A DNA stretch of 64,000 nt from positions 228,532,001-228,596,000 of the forward strand of contig OZ024740.1 in the NCBI GenBank assembly GCA_964016885.1. Reading direction: 5' to 3'. Each line of letters begins with the position of its first letter. Position 1 is the stretch's first letter. The stretch is from Eledone cirrhosa (lineage: Eukaryota). Below, one piece after another: positions 1 to 11,900 of the stretch. The position numbers and the translations under genes were made by a program. Below the pieces are notes generated by a model. The model saw only the letters and a program-made list of their open reading frames with translations, searched no databases and was not told the origin of the DNA.

Positions 1-540
1 AGCAGTTTTGGCACCATATTCGCGCGGACTTTCCGCATGTTCAAATCTTCAGTGAGAATCTTCCAGACGCTGTCCCGATTCATGCTCAGCTCATTTTCCA
101 TCAGTCGAACAGTCAGCCGACGGTCGCTACGCACCATCTTCCTGACGCGCTCAACGTTGACCTCAGTCCTGGTTGTTGAGGGCCTTCCGCTCCTGGGGTC
201 ATCTTCCATGTCCTCGCGTCCTTCTTTAAACCTCTTGCACCACTCAAAAACACGTGAGCGTGACATTGTCTCATCTCCATACACTTGGTGCAGCAATCCC
301 AGTGCTTCTGACGGAGTTTTCAAGTTTGTTCGTTGCTCTGTGCTCATTGCTTGACGACCTGAAACAGAGGACATGTATATAAAATGATGAAGAAAAAAGT
401 TTGATCGCTGCAGAGAGCTAAAATTACAGTTACATACTCCAGGGGTATTACTTTGAAGGAGAAAACACTTAGTGTGAAGTTTGGGTTAGAAATAAATCTT
501 TTGTGACATCAGTCTTGGAACTTTTCTGACACACCTCGTA
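1..540 (-). mobile_element. Mariner (Tc1/mariner) DNA transposon, 5' part; transposase N-terminus is frameshifted and runs off the window start
   Basis: The minus strand from the ATG near 347 reads MSTEQRTNL/..PSEALGLLHQVYGDETMSRSRVFEWCKRFKEGREDMEDDPRSGRPSTT...DRRLTVR...ILTEDLNMRKVRANMVPKLL. This matches the mariner HTH region, the RSGRP motif and a WVP-like motif. The terminus TA-CGAGGTGTGTCAGAAAAG lies at 540-521. Confidence 0.9.
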
Positions 541-542
541 TG

Positions 543-588
<46 letters not shown>

Positions 589-650
589 ATGTGTTAAGTA
601 TTTCCGTAGAAAAGGTAAAGGAAAGAAGAGTGCTCTATGTATAGAGAGCA

Positions 651-764
651 CACAATATAATTATTCCATCACCCAAAGATATTTCTTCTGATTTACGAAA
701 CAGACGTTTCTGTTAGAATCGTCTAACTTCGCGAAACCTTGGGGAATGGAATAATTATATTGTG
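651..764. repeat. Short fold-back element with a degenerate hammerhead-like core
   Basis: CACAATATAATTATTCCAT (651-669) is inverted at ~746-764. The interior reads CTGATTTA-CGAA..AGACG..CGTCT..TTCG-CGAAAC. Confidence 0.5.
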
Positions 765-823
765 TTGTTTATTACATAAATAAAATTCTATACATATATA
801 ATATAAAGGTAACGAAGATCGGT

Positions 824-860
<37 letters not shown>

Positions 861-895
861 CTCCAACCGGGATTGATTGAAGCATATTCTATATT

Positions 896-946
<51 letters not shown>

Positions 947-949
<3 letters not shown>

Positions 950-1136
950 CGAAGGAAATGTGGTAAGGAACCAGGTGGACCATAACGCACCAAAGTACTC
1001 AACACTTAGGGTAGTAGAGTGGGTAATAGGAATGAGTAGGACCCCGACAGCTGAGCTCAAGCCGTTTCGACGGCTAATTCAGTCCAGAATTAGCCGTCGA
1101 AACGGCTTGAGCTCAGCCGTCGGGATCCTACTCATT

Positions 1137-1172
<36 letters not shown>

Positions 1173-1438
1173 AACGAGTAGGACCCCGACGGCTAATTCT
1201 GGACTAAAAAATCATTTTTTAGTCCGGAATTAGCCGTCGAAACGGCTTGAGCTCAGCCGTCGGGGTCCTACTCGTTCTTATTACCCACTCAACTATCCTA
1301 AGTATTGAGTACTTTGGTGCGTTATGGTCCACCTGGCTCCTTACCACATTTCCTCCGTTATATATATATATATGTATGTATGTATATATATATGAAATGA
1401 TTCAGGACCCTGACGGCTGAGCTCCGGCCGTTTCGACC
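947..1438. repeat. Nested palindromic fold-back element in (TA)n, probably derived from a Penelope-like pseudo-LTR
   Basis: 947-1080 is inverted at ~1227-1360. Internal hairpins are centred at ~1083 and ~1213, and a further partial copy lies at 1394-1438. The unit GAAACGGC-TTGAGCTCA-GCCGTC-GGG(A/G)TCC recurs, with a relative at 29207-29295. Confidence 0.75.
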
Positions 1439-1521
1439 TCTATCTATGTATCTATCTGTCTGTCTGTCTATATGCTTAGCAATCTATCTATCTATTTATT
1501 GATCTTCCTCCCCACTTCCTC

Positions 1522-1578
<57 letters not shown>

Positions 1579-1721
1579 ATTTATCGTTTTCGGTACGCCC
1601 GGCCGACTAACTCACTCGATATGCATGGGTGACGATGGTTGCCGAACACTGTACGGCTTAATTTGGGCTGTTTGTTTACAAACAAACTGAACATGATAAT
1701 AAATGTTCGGTAAACCCATAC

Positions 1722-1795
<74 letters not shown>

Positions 1796-1947
1796 ATATA
1801 TAGGGAGATACAAAGCAGGCTTTGTTTACAAACAACTAACGAATTTGAAAATTAGGTAGTAACATGTGCTTACGCCGTATTTGACTAAATAAAATTAGTC
1901 TGTTAGTTGGGATTTTAAAGAAACCCTCTGAATAGAAAGAATGAGTA

Positions 1948-2009
1948 TGGCGTACATGGGACAGGAACCCACATCTTTGGTTTGCCGGACCAATGTGTTA
2001 CCCTTACAC
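1948..2009 (-). pseudogene. tRNA-derived fragment (pseudo-tRNA or SINE head) lacking the 5' acceptor strand
   Basis: The minus strand reads GTGTAAGGGTAACAC-A-TTGGT CCGGCAA ACCAA-AGAT-GTGGG TTCCTGT CCCAT-GTACGCCA. The D, anticodon and T arms all pair, but the T-loop and U33 are degenerate. Confidence 0.6.
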
Positions 2010-2056
2010 ATTATATATATATATTGTTATTTTATTATATATATTTGCTGAAGGGA

Positions 2057-2160
2057 TACGGTCTGAAGAAAACTCCTATAATAGAGTAAATAATTAACTG
2101 GTAATGTCCAGTTCTCTACACAAATAAATGTGATATTCTAGCCGCGTTGAAACGTCCGTA
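2057..2160 (+). ncRNA. Hammerhead-ribozyme-like motif (minimal type I, long loop II)
   Basis: TACGG-T-CTGAAGA-AAAC...GTT-GAAACGT-CCGTA, flanked by imperfect AT-rich inverted repeats. Confidence 0.45.
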
Positions 2161-2360
2161 GCGATGTATAAATAAATAATAATAATATTATAATTGGTTT
2201 TCTTAAATTTTGAATTGTAAATGCTCTGCCGCCGGAACTGACCTTTATTCATTTAGTTTTAGTTTCCAGAAGAACGAAGGGCTGAAAAGTGCATCGAGCT
2301 TTTCTCATTTTACCAATGAAAATACCGAAGTATTACACTATAACTACACCTCTCTCTCTG

Positions 2361-2411
<51 letters not shown>

Positions 2412-2512
2412 GGGGGGGGGAGATGAATAAATACATGGATAGATAGATAGATTTCTTTATTAGCCACAAGGGTGCACAAGAAAAGGGGACAAAACAAAGA
2501 CATGCCGGGATT

Positions 2513-4247
2513 TTACATACAATGAAAGTGTTCGCCACCTCCGTTCGACCTTTCAAGGATAGTTTGCACTCTGCCCATTTCTGGGTGAGCGCAAATACCT
2601 TGGCCGTGACCTCGTTCCAGTTTTTCTCTACTTGGAGGTCTGGACCGAACCAGACCCCGAGCAATTTCACCGGTCCGTCTGTCCAGCGTCTGACGATGCT
2701 GTCGGACGGCATCGGTTTGCCTCTCCACGTTCCGAGTTGCAAACTGACAGACTTGTCCGGGTTCAGTTTGGCTCCTGTGAGCCTTTCATATTACTGCAGT
2801 AAGTTGCCGATCACCCCGATTTCGGAGGCTTCCGACACCATTACTGTCACGTCGTCGGCATAAGCCGATGTCGCTTTCCACAGTCCAATGGAATGCCCTG
2901 TAGCAGCTCCAGCTTCCGCAGTAGTGGCTCTAGAGTCAGTACGTATAGAATGGAGGAGAGAGGGCATCCCTGTCGGATGGAACGCGTTTTTGCGAACGGC
3001 TCTGATAGGTAGACGTTCACCTTGACCATCGAGCACATGTTAGTGTGCATTGCGGCGATCCAGCCTTTGAAGACGGGTCCGAAACCGGCCGCCTTGAGAA
3101 CCGCTTCCAAGTATCGATGGTCGACCCTATCGAACGCCTTAGACTGATCTAAATTGATCAGAGCCCCACCAAAGCCGGGTTTACACCCCACCATCTCTAT
3201 GATGTATCGCATGAGGTGGAAGTTGTCGTGTATGGACTTGGTCGGGATTGCACACGTTTGCGCTTTCCCTACCAGGTTCTCGACGACACGCGCCAACCTC
3301 GTTGCCAACACCTTGGCCAAAATCTTTAACTCTGTGTTGAGCAGAGTTATGGGCCTAAAGTTGCTTAGTTTGTCCCCCTTGTTCTCGTCTTTCCTGATCA
3401 GCGTTACTATGCCCCTGCCTGCAGAACTGGGAATTCTCCCGTTCTACTGCCAGTAGCAGTAGACAGCCTCGAGGACGCCAGAGAACAAGTCCGGCATGCC
3501 TATGTAAAATGTATAGGGTAGACCATCTAGACCGGGTCATTTGCGTTTCCCGCAGCGGCCCAGAGCGTCCCGTATCTCAGTGGCTGTAATCGGTCTTTCG
3601 CAGAACTCGGCGTCCATGCTCGAGAGATGCGGCAGACCGTCGAGGTATGAACCGAAGTCTATTGCCCCGTTCGACGCACCGCCACTCTGCCCGAACAGTT
3701 GCGCAAAGTGCCGCTGAAAGGTCGCGCACATCCGCTTGGGGTCAAGTAGCACGCGTCCGTTTTGGTCTTTCAAAGACCGAATCGTGGACTTGTTGCCACT
3801 TTTCGCCTCTGACCCTTGGCCCAGCTAACAGCTTTCGCTCCCTCGTTTCCTAGAGCACGTGATTTACTTCTGACCACGCAGCCTTCGTGTTTCGCATCGA
3901 AGAACTGGTCCAGTGCTGTTCTCGTTGCTAGCACTCTAGTTACGTTGTCACTCCTAAGCGCCTCCTCTACCTTGGCTACCGGGTCCAAGTGTACTTGCTG
4001 TACTTTGAACGTCCAGGCTTTTCCGAAACATGACAGCCACACCCCCTCCACCTCCTGGCTGACAGAGAGATGCGTAGATCTCAAAGTCATTGAAGATGGG
4101 GGTTAGTTGCTGCCTGTTGTGGATCCTGGACTCGGTGATGGCTATCACATCCATACCGTGTGACCTAAGTTCGTTTAAAAGTTGACCATGTTTCCAGGGC
4201 ATCCCTAGGCCACGCACATTCACGCTTCCAACTCGTAAACTAGCCGT
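2513..4247 (-). pseudogene. Tx1-like ORF2 (APE endonuclease-reverse transcriptase), disrupted
   Basis: ORFs 3954-4223, 3770-4090, 3537-3773, 2847-3320, 2791-3036 and 2344-2742 are colinear pieces. The start codon reads ACG, and there are multiple frameshifts and stops. Confidence 0.9.
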
Positions 4248-4288
4248 GTTAGGGGAGAAGAGTTGGCGAAAAGGACGAAAAGATGCAC

Positions 4289-5848
4289 TTACCTTTTCGT
4301 TTCCTGGAGATCGGGTTGTTCAATCTCCATTTGGGTGCTGGAGAGTGTGTGGGGTGGGGTGGGGAAACATTTTAACAGGACGTGGTTGATGCATTTCTGG
4401 CAGGGTTGCCCACGTCCTGCGAAAATGTATTCTTCAGGTCACTATAGGTCTCCATAGAAACCCTTATAAGTTTAAGGTGTGGAGACGATTCTGCCTTGAC
4501 GAAAGTTTTGCCCTCCGTCTCCACCTTGGGGTTTTTGGAGATGACCTCCATCAAATCTTGTTGTTTGTGTTGATGTATGCGTATTGTTGTTTGTGTTTTT
4601 GTTGTGTTGTTATTGTTTGTTGTTCGTTCGGGAGTTTTCTTTTTATGGTGGGTGCTTGTGTTTGGAGTGGTGTTGGTGTTGGTTTTGCTGGTAGGTGTAT
4701 GTTTGACTGTGGTGTTGTTTGTGTTGTTGTTTGTGTCTGTGGTTGTGTGTTGGTGTTGGTGATTGGAGTTTTGGGGGTTTTGTGGTGTCTCTTTTTTTGT
4801 TTTTTTTATATTTCCGAGGCTCTCCTTCTTCTTCACTTAAAGAAGGAGAAGCAGCCTCATCTGTTAATGAATAATCATGTGTTGTGTGGTGGTGGAGTTT
4901 CGGCGTGTGTGTTTGTGGTAGTGTTTGATGGAGTGGGATGGGGTGGGGCTGTGTTCTTCAGGGGTGTTGTCTGTGTTTTTTCTGTTATTGTTGGTTAAGT
5001 GGTTGTTTGTTTTGGTGCGTTTGCTTGTTTCGTGTGTTGTTGTTGTGGTGGTGGTTGTTGTTTCGGTGTTGGTGTTGGTAACAGTGTTTTCTTTTGGATT
5101 GTTTTGGTTGAGCGTGTTTGTAAAGGGCAGGAGGCCTTTAGATGTGTGGTGCTATTGCAACGAAAGCAATGTGGTTTTCGTCCCTCAACCGAAATGTTAA
5201 TGTAGTTGTTGTTGTCGACTAGGAGCTTTTCGGGTATTTTGGAGATTCTCTCTGGCCTCATCTGCACCAGAATCTCCAAATTGGTACCCGCCAACCTTTG
5301 TCTGGTCGACTTCCTGGCCGAAAGAATTGTGTCACTTTCTGGCTCTATGAACCCTGCTAAGATCCACCAAATGTTGATGTTTGGTGGTATGTTATTTATT
5401 TTAATTTTTTGTGTTCTTTTTCCCATGTAAGTAGGGGAAAAGGTGTGTGTTTTTGTGATGACTGGTGTAACAGAATGCTTTTGTGCGAGGGCCTCGCTTT
5501 TAAAAAGTACCGAAACACTTCCATATAGTCTGGCCCTCTGCATAAAATCAATGACCGGCAGAGCCTCTTTCAAGGTGGTTTCAATTTCCCCTTGACTGGG
5601 GAATACCGGCTTTTTTATTTGATTTGAGACAGTTCTGAAGGTTACAGTTCTTCGAACTGTTTCGTGTTTAATTTCCAAGGGTAAGTTTATTTGAAACCCA
5701 TTCTTCAAATGTTATTAATTGTCTCGCATCAGACAACATCTGTTTTGAATTGCTGATGTCTAATTCTTTATATTCCGTTTTTTTTTTTTATTACAGTCTG
5801 TGCGAATGTTGTTTTTTTCAGTTTTGTTGTTGTTGGTTTTTTCGTGTG
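4289..5848 (-). pseudogene. Tx1-like ORF1 (CCHC zinc knuckle, T/N/P-rich linker), disrupted
   Basis: ORFs 4995-5708 and 4372-4836 are homologous to ORF1 of the + copy (PTYMGKRTQKIKI, INISVEGR, VETEGKTF). It ends MEIEQPDLQETKR*. Confidence 0.85.
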
Positions 5849-5927
5849 GATAGATAAGCATATATACAGAGAGATAGATAGGTGCATAGATAGATAGACA
5901 GACAGATGGATAGATAGACATATAGAT

Positions 5928-6160
5928 GGAACGACGATGTCAGGATTGACCGTTGTTTTGAAACTAATCGATGACGTAAAACAGCTGTTATTGATGTTGA
6001 ACTCGCAAGCTTAAATGTGAACATAGCCGTTCTCTAAGAGTCATGACACATGAGTGGTGTATTATTATAGGAGAAATATCACGCTGTCTTCTGGAAAAGA
6101 AAAAGTCAAGGTGACAGACAAAAGAAGCTCTTGGTTGGCAGTAAATATATCCCTCTTACT
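5928..6160 (+). mobile_element. Highly decayed RTE-type endonuclease N-terminal fragment
   Basis: It translates with frameshifts as WN..IDD/KTAVIDVELASLNVNIAVL*ES..EKYHAVFWK, resembling the RTE motif RKTA(L/V)I..EL.RL.VDIAALQE. Confidence 0.4.
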
Positions 6161-6194
6161 AATGATAAAAATGCATACTACTAGTATGGGTGGC

Positions 6195-6320
6195 GAAGTG
6201 ACAAAGACGTTGCCGCATTCGTCTCGGGTCCTTGTGCTCTGATTTCAAATCTCAGTAGTGTCAAATTTGCCTTTCATCTGTTGGCGGTCGATAATAAAAA
6301 TACTATTCCATTACTGGATC
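6195..6320 (+). mobile_element. Degenerate tRNA-derived SINE fragment (family A)
   Basis: CTGATTTCAAATCTC..AATTTGCCTTTCATC..GGTCGATAATAAAAATAC matches the SINE core seen at 20.7-21.9 kb. Confidence 0.55.
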
Positions 6321-6624
6321 GATTCTTCCATTATTTCTCTTTCTCACTGTCTCTCCTTCTCTTTCTCTGTGTTTAGACCTGGAGCAGAGTAGTCTCCGAC
6401 AGATTTTAAATGCCCAGGACACGCCGTATATAAGAACGGTTCCCCTACGATTCCATTAGGAGTTCAGGGCCCATGACATGACAAGCTTGCTGGTACTGAA
6501 CAAATGTAAGGTCTTCGTTTGAATACAAACACCAGTCCAGTAAATAGTGATTACAATGTGCCTCGATATTTAACTACATTATCGAAGCCAAAAGACGATG
6601 TTTACAGTGAGATCGATGTCCGCC

Positions 6625-6632
6625 AATCTATC

Positions 6633-6718
<86 letters not shown>

Positions 6719-6719
6719 C
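6625..6719 (+). repeat. (TATC)n microsatellite directly 5' of the + Tx1 element
   Basis: About 23 near-perfect TATC units. Confidence 0.98.
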
Positions 6720-6867
6720 CTTCGGATTCTGTCTAACACGTGGAAAACGCGCTGGTGAGTAAATGTTTTAATTTCATTGGAAATTGCATGAACTGAATCT
6801 ACATTGTTACACCATTTTGTAGATAAGCTGCCACCCTACACTTTGTAGGTGGTAGCAACCCCAAATA

Positions 6868-8957
6868 ATGAGCCCATCAGGACGAAAAACGGAGAAATTC
6901 CACAAAATTTCTACCGGAATTTTGAATATAGCCAAAATGGCCAAATTCTTTGACCTCATCTTCACAAAAAACACATCAGAGAATTGTGGAGATGGCCTGT
7001 TAATCTCACCTTCCACAGTATTAGTAGCAGGTGAAGGCTGCCTGCCTGCTACTATCACCACCAACAACAACAACAGTAACAACAGCAACAAAAACAACAA
7101 CAACATCAAAACTGTCAGCCAACAATTAGACAGAGGTGGTGGAGGGACGGTAAAACTGTCAAGCCAACAGGCAGCTCGTACCGCCTCATTGAAACACTTC
7201 GATATGTTTAAAACACACCGTGACAACAACACCAGCACCACCAACACGAAAACTGTGAATGGCACAAACCAAAATAACGCCATCAACAACAGCAGTGACA
7301 ACGAGAACAAGAAGAACAACAACGACAACAAAACCACAACCACCAACACAACAACAACAACACCAACAAAAGAAAAAACGAAAACAACATCAAAATAAGA
7401 ACAATAATAACAACAACAAGACCAATAACTGCAACAATGAAGTAAACGACAAAATATCATTTGCGCAAACCGTAAAGAAAACGATAAGCTACACTCCGGT
7501 AGACATTTCAAATGCAAATGAGCTTTTGAATAACGCCAGACAATATGTAACTTTTGGGGAGAACGGATCATTCTCCATAAACTCTCCCCCAGATTTGCGA
7601 AGAGAAGCTGCCTTGAAAACTGTGATTTTCAGGACAATCTCAAAGAAAACACGAAAACCGACTCAACTTTCACAAGGCGAAATTGAGTTGGCTTTAAAAA
7701 ATGCTTTAAAAGACATTGCTTTATTCAGAAGGGAAGACTCTACGGGAGTTTATCCATTCTAATGAAAGACCAATTGACGGCACAGAAATATTCTGTGTCG
7801 ACAATTGTGTCACCGCTGTTCACCTTTTTCCCCACTTACATGGGGAAAAGGACACAGAAAATAAAAATCCAAAGTATCACACCAAATATTGATATTTGGT
7901 GGGTACTATGTGGATTTTTAAATCACGAAACAGACTATATAATATCGGTAGGTAAGTCCTCCGGCGACCTGTTCAGCGGAACTAGTCTGGAAGTCTAGGT
8001 CCAAATGACACCAGAACGAATAGCTAGGATCCCGGAACGTGTGTTGCTGGATGGGCTTATATACATAAACATTTCGGTCGAGGGTAGGCGGCCCTCATGT
8101 TACCACTGCTCAAGCAGGGGTCACCTGAGAGCTTCCTGTCCTCGGCTAACTAGCCAAAAAAAGGCACTACTGCCAACACCTGCAACACCAGCACAACAAT
8201 CACCACCACCACCACCACAACAACAACAACATAAAAAAATAGTGACAACAAAACAAACGATAAACACAGTCCCACCCAACCCCTCCCCACCTAAAACAAC
8301 TCCAGAAACACCCACACACAAAACAGCTCCCCAAAATGTACCCCTCCCCAACAACACGGATGAGGCCTCATCATCGTCACCCAGTGACGATGAGGGAGAG
8401 CCTTTCCGACCAGTAAAAAGAAAAAAAGAAAAGATATAACACAAACAAAAATGCAACAAACACACAAACACCAACACAAGCGACGGAAACAGCACAAACA
8501 AAAACACCTCCTCCTGAAAACAAAACATCTACTACAAAACGTAAAAACACACAAGAACCACAGACAAAAAGCAACCCAACACAACAAAAATGTTACACCT
8601 ACATAAATACTAACAATAAAACTTTAACAGACACCATATATAAAAACCCTTCGGTGGAGACCGAAGGGAAAACTTTTACACACTCTTCGGATAATCCTAA
8701 TCTTAAAATGATTAGGACCTCCATGGACACACATAAACAGTTAAAAGAAAAATTTCCTAACGATGTAGGTAACCCCTGCGTCAAACCCTACAATCGAGTC
8801 CTGTTAAAATATTTCCCCACCCCCACCCATCCCACCAGACACCCCTCCCCACCAAACATATCTGTCCCCACCCCCAGAGACCACCACACCACCAAACAAC
8901 CCCTCCAACACCCCCATGGAAATTGTGCAGCCTGGTCCCCAGGAGACGAAGAGGTGA
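6868..8957 (+). pseudogene. Tx1-like ORF1, broken by stops and frameshifts
   Basis: ORFs 6868-7398, 7259-7762, 7762-7998, 8005-8439 and 8654 onward are pieces of one frame set. It ends MEIVQPGPQETKR* (TGA 8955-8957). Confidence 0.85.
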
Positions 8958-8997
8958 GTGGTTTCTTTTCCTCTTCTTTTAACTTTTCAGCACCAAC

Positions 8998-11900
8998 ATG
9001 GCCAATATAAGTGTGGGCTGTGTGAATGTACGCGGCCTGGGGATGCCCTGGAAACAGGGCAAACTCTTAAACGACCTCAGGTCGCACAGTATGGATGTAG
9101 TAGCCATTTGCGAGTCCAGGATCCACAGCGAGCGACAACTGGCCCCCATCTTCCACGACTTTGAGATCTATGCATCTCTCTGTCAGCCGGGAGGTGGGGG
9201 TGGGGTTGCCGTTTTGCTGCGGAAACACTTCGTAACACAGACGGTACATCGGAAAACTTCGTAACACAGATGGTACATCTGGACCCGGAGGGTCGACTGG
9301 TGGTCCTAGACGTTGACGGTAAAGGTGGAGCCTTCAGGCTGGTGGCCGCATATGCCCCATCCGGGACACTGCGGCCAGACTTCTTCAAACGTCTAGAGAC
9401 TTTTCTGGGAACGTCCCGCTCCTTGATTTTAGTGGGGGAGTGTAATGGTATCCTAGATGCACGTTGGGACTATATGGGAGCATGTCCCGATAGAGGGGGT
9501 GTAACAGCCTCAAACAGTTAATCGGCCGATTTGACCTGGCCGATAGATATCGACTAGATTTTCCGACTGTGCCACTGTGGACGTGGACCAATCTCAGCGG
9601 AACATCTAGATCGTACCTAGATAGGGTTCTAGTTAGAAAGAAGGGTAGGGACATGTTAAGCTGTCCATAAATGTTCATTGTTGCCTATTCAGATCACAAA
9701 TTAGTGACCTGCTTAGTCAACCTTGACAAAACCCATAGACAGGGACCCGGCTACTGGAAGCTGAACTTGTCGTTACCGACATGCAAAGCCTACAGTAGAC
9801 GGATTAGCACTTTAGTTAAGCAGCACTTGACGGGGGCCATTGTCAACAACAGATGGTGGTATTCTCTCAAGAGGGCAGTTAGATTAGACTCGATCGGTTT
9901 TAGTAAAGAATTAGAGTTAGATAGAAATAAGACCGAAAAGGAACTGGTAGATAAAGTAGAAGAGGCACTTAGGAGTGGCAACGTAGCCAGCGTGCTAGCG
10001 ACGAGAACGGCCTTGGACCAGTTCTTCGACGCAAAGCATGAACGCTGCGTTGTCAGAAGCAAAATACGTGCTCTGGGAAACGAGGGAGCCAAAGCTGTTA
10101 GCTGGGCCCGAGTGACGGAGGCGAAAAGTGGCAACAAGTCCACGATTCGGTCTTTGAAGGACCAAGACGGACGCGTGATACGTGAGCCGAAGCAAATGTG
10201 CGTGGCCTTTCAGCAGCACTTTGCTTAACTGTTCGGGCAGGGCGACGCGCCGGGAGGGGCTATGGATTTCGGTTCATACCTCGACGGCCTACCGCGACTC
10301 TCACACAGCGAGGCGAAGTTCTGCGAAAGACCGATTTCGGCCGCTGAGATAGGGGACGCGCTGAGCCAATGCGGCAAACGCAAATCTCCAGGTCTCGACG
10401 GTCTACCCTACGAATTTTACGTAGCAATGCCGGACTTGTTCTCCGGTCTCCTGGAAGCGGTCTACTGCAACTGGCAGCAGAACGGGAGAATTCCCAGTTC
10501 TGTGGCGTAGTCACACTAGTCAGGAAGGACGAGAATAAGGGGGATGACATAGGCAACTTCCGGCCCATAACTCTGCTAAACACAGAGCTACAGATTTTGG
10601 CCAAGGTGTTGGCAAAGAGGCTGGCGCTTGTCGTCGAAAACCTGGTGGGAGAAGCGCAGACATGCGCAATCCCGACCAGGTTCATACACGACAACCTCCA
10701 CCTCATGCGATACATCATAGAGAGGGTAGGGTGTAAACCCGGCTTTGGTGGGGGCCTTGATCAACTTGAATCAGTCTAAGGCTTTCGATAGGTTTGACCA
10801 TCGTTACCTGGATGCGGTGCTCGAGGCGGTAGGCTTCGGACCCGTGTTAAGGGGCTGGATTGCTGCAATGCACAACAGCAACATCTGCTCAAGGGTCAAG
10901 GTGAACGGCTACCTCTCGGAGCCGTTCCATATCACGCGATCCATCCGACAGGGATGCCCTCTCTCTTCCCTTCTGTACGTACTGACTCTTGAGCCACTAC
11001 TGCGGAAGTTGGAGCTATTGCAGGGCATCCCTCTAGAACCGGGACTGCAGAAAGCGGCGTCGGCCTACGCCGACGACATGACAGTAATGGTGTCGAGCAC
11101 CTCGCAAATCGAGGAAGTCGGCACCTTACTGAAGGAATACGAAAGGTTCACAGGAGCGAAGCTGAACCGGGACAAATCCGACGGTTTGCAACTCGGATCG
11201 TGGAGAGGTAAACCGATGCCTTCCGATGGCGTCGTCGGACGCTGGACGGAAGCACCGGTGAAGCTGCTCGGGGTCTGGTTTGGTCCGGACCTCCGGTGGA
11301 GAAGAACTGGAACGAGGTGACGGCCAAGGTGTTTGTGCTCACCCAGAAGTGGGCCGAGTGCAAACTATCCTTGAAAGGTCGAGCGGACCGTCGGGCCTTG
11401 TCCAGCCAAAACGCTCACCAAAATGGAACGCGCGCTCTTCCAATTCCTTTGGAAGAAGCGGGCTCCTTTGGTGAGAAGATCCATCTGCTGCCAACACCCA
11501 TCCAATGGAGGGCTGGGGTTGCCGTGGCTGACGATGCGCAAACACACGTTCAGGCTGCGGCATCTCTACGTATTCCTCACCGGACAACCGGTGTGGGCCC
11601 TGTTCGTGAGGCGAGCCTTCCCACGACTCGTCACGCTGACCGAGCTGCAGTTCTGGATCAAGCAAAGACCAAGGAAAATAGGCTACTGTCACATCCAATG
11701 TGCTCAGGCGCTTACAGCCCTCTGACAGGCGGACCCGGCGATCAGTGGAGACTCCACTTCGTCATTCTATACAGGGTTGGTCCGCGGCAAGTGCGACGAC
11801 GCGCTCGGAGAAACTCTAGGCGTAGAGGAAGACAAACTGGCCAGTCTGTTCGGTCGGACCTTCCGCTCGGGACCGATGGACAACTTCCAAAAGTCCCTGG

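Larger units (their letters stand above)
2452..5848 (-). mobile_element. Tx1-like (L1 clade) non-LTR retrotransposon, 5'-truncated with two internal deletions
   Basis: ORF1 has the zinc knuckle CFRCNSTTHLKASC. ORF2 fragments include NVRGL..AITES (APE endonuclease), LDQSKAFDRVDH, RQGCPLS and AYADD (RT). The 3' end GTGGCTAATAAAGAAA matches the copy at 6720-12666. Confidence 0.93.

Noticed and set aside
37-354. 105-aa + strand ORF
   Set aside because: It is the antisense shadow of the mariner transposase on the minus strand.
1948-2009. Functional tRNA gene
   Set aside because: The 5' acceptor strand is missing, and the T-loop and U33 are degenerate.
4477-8784. Hydrophobic V/L/C-rich ORFs resembling membrane proteins (for example 4477-4998, 6807-7571, 8121-8528)
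   Set aside because: They are antisense to the A/C-rich low-complexity linkers of Tx1 ORF1.
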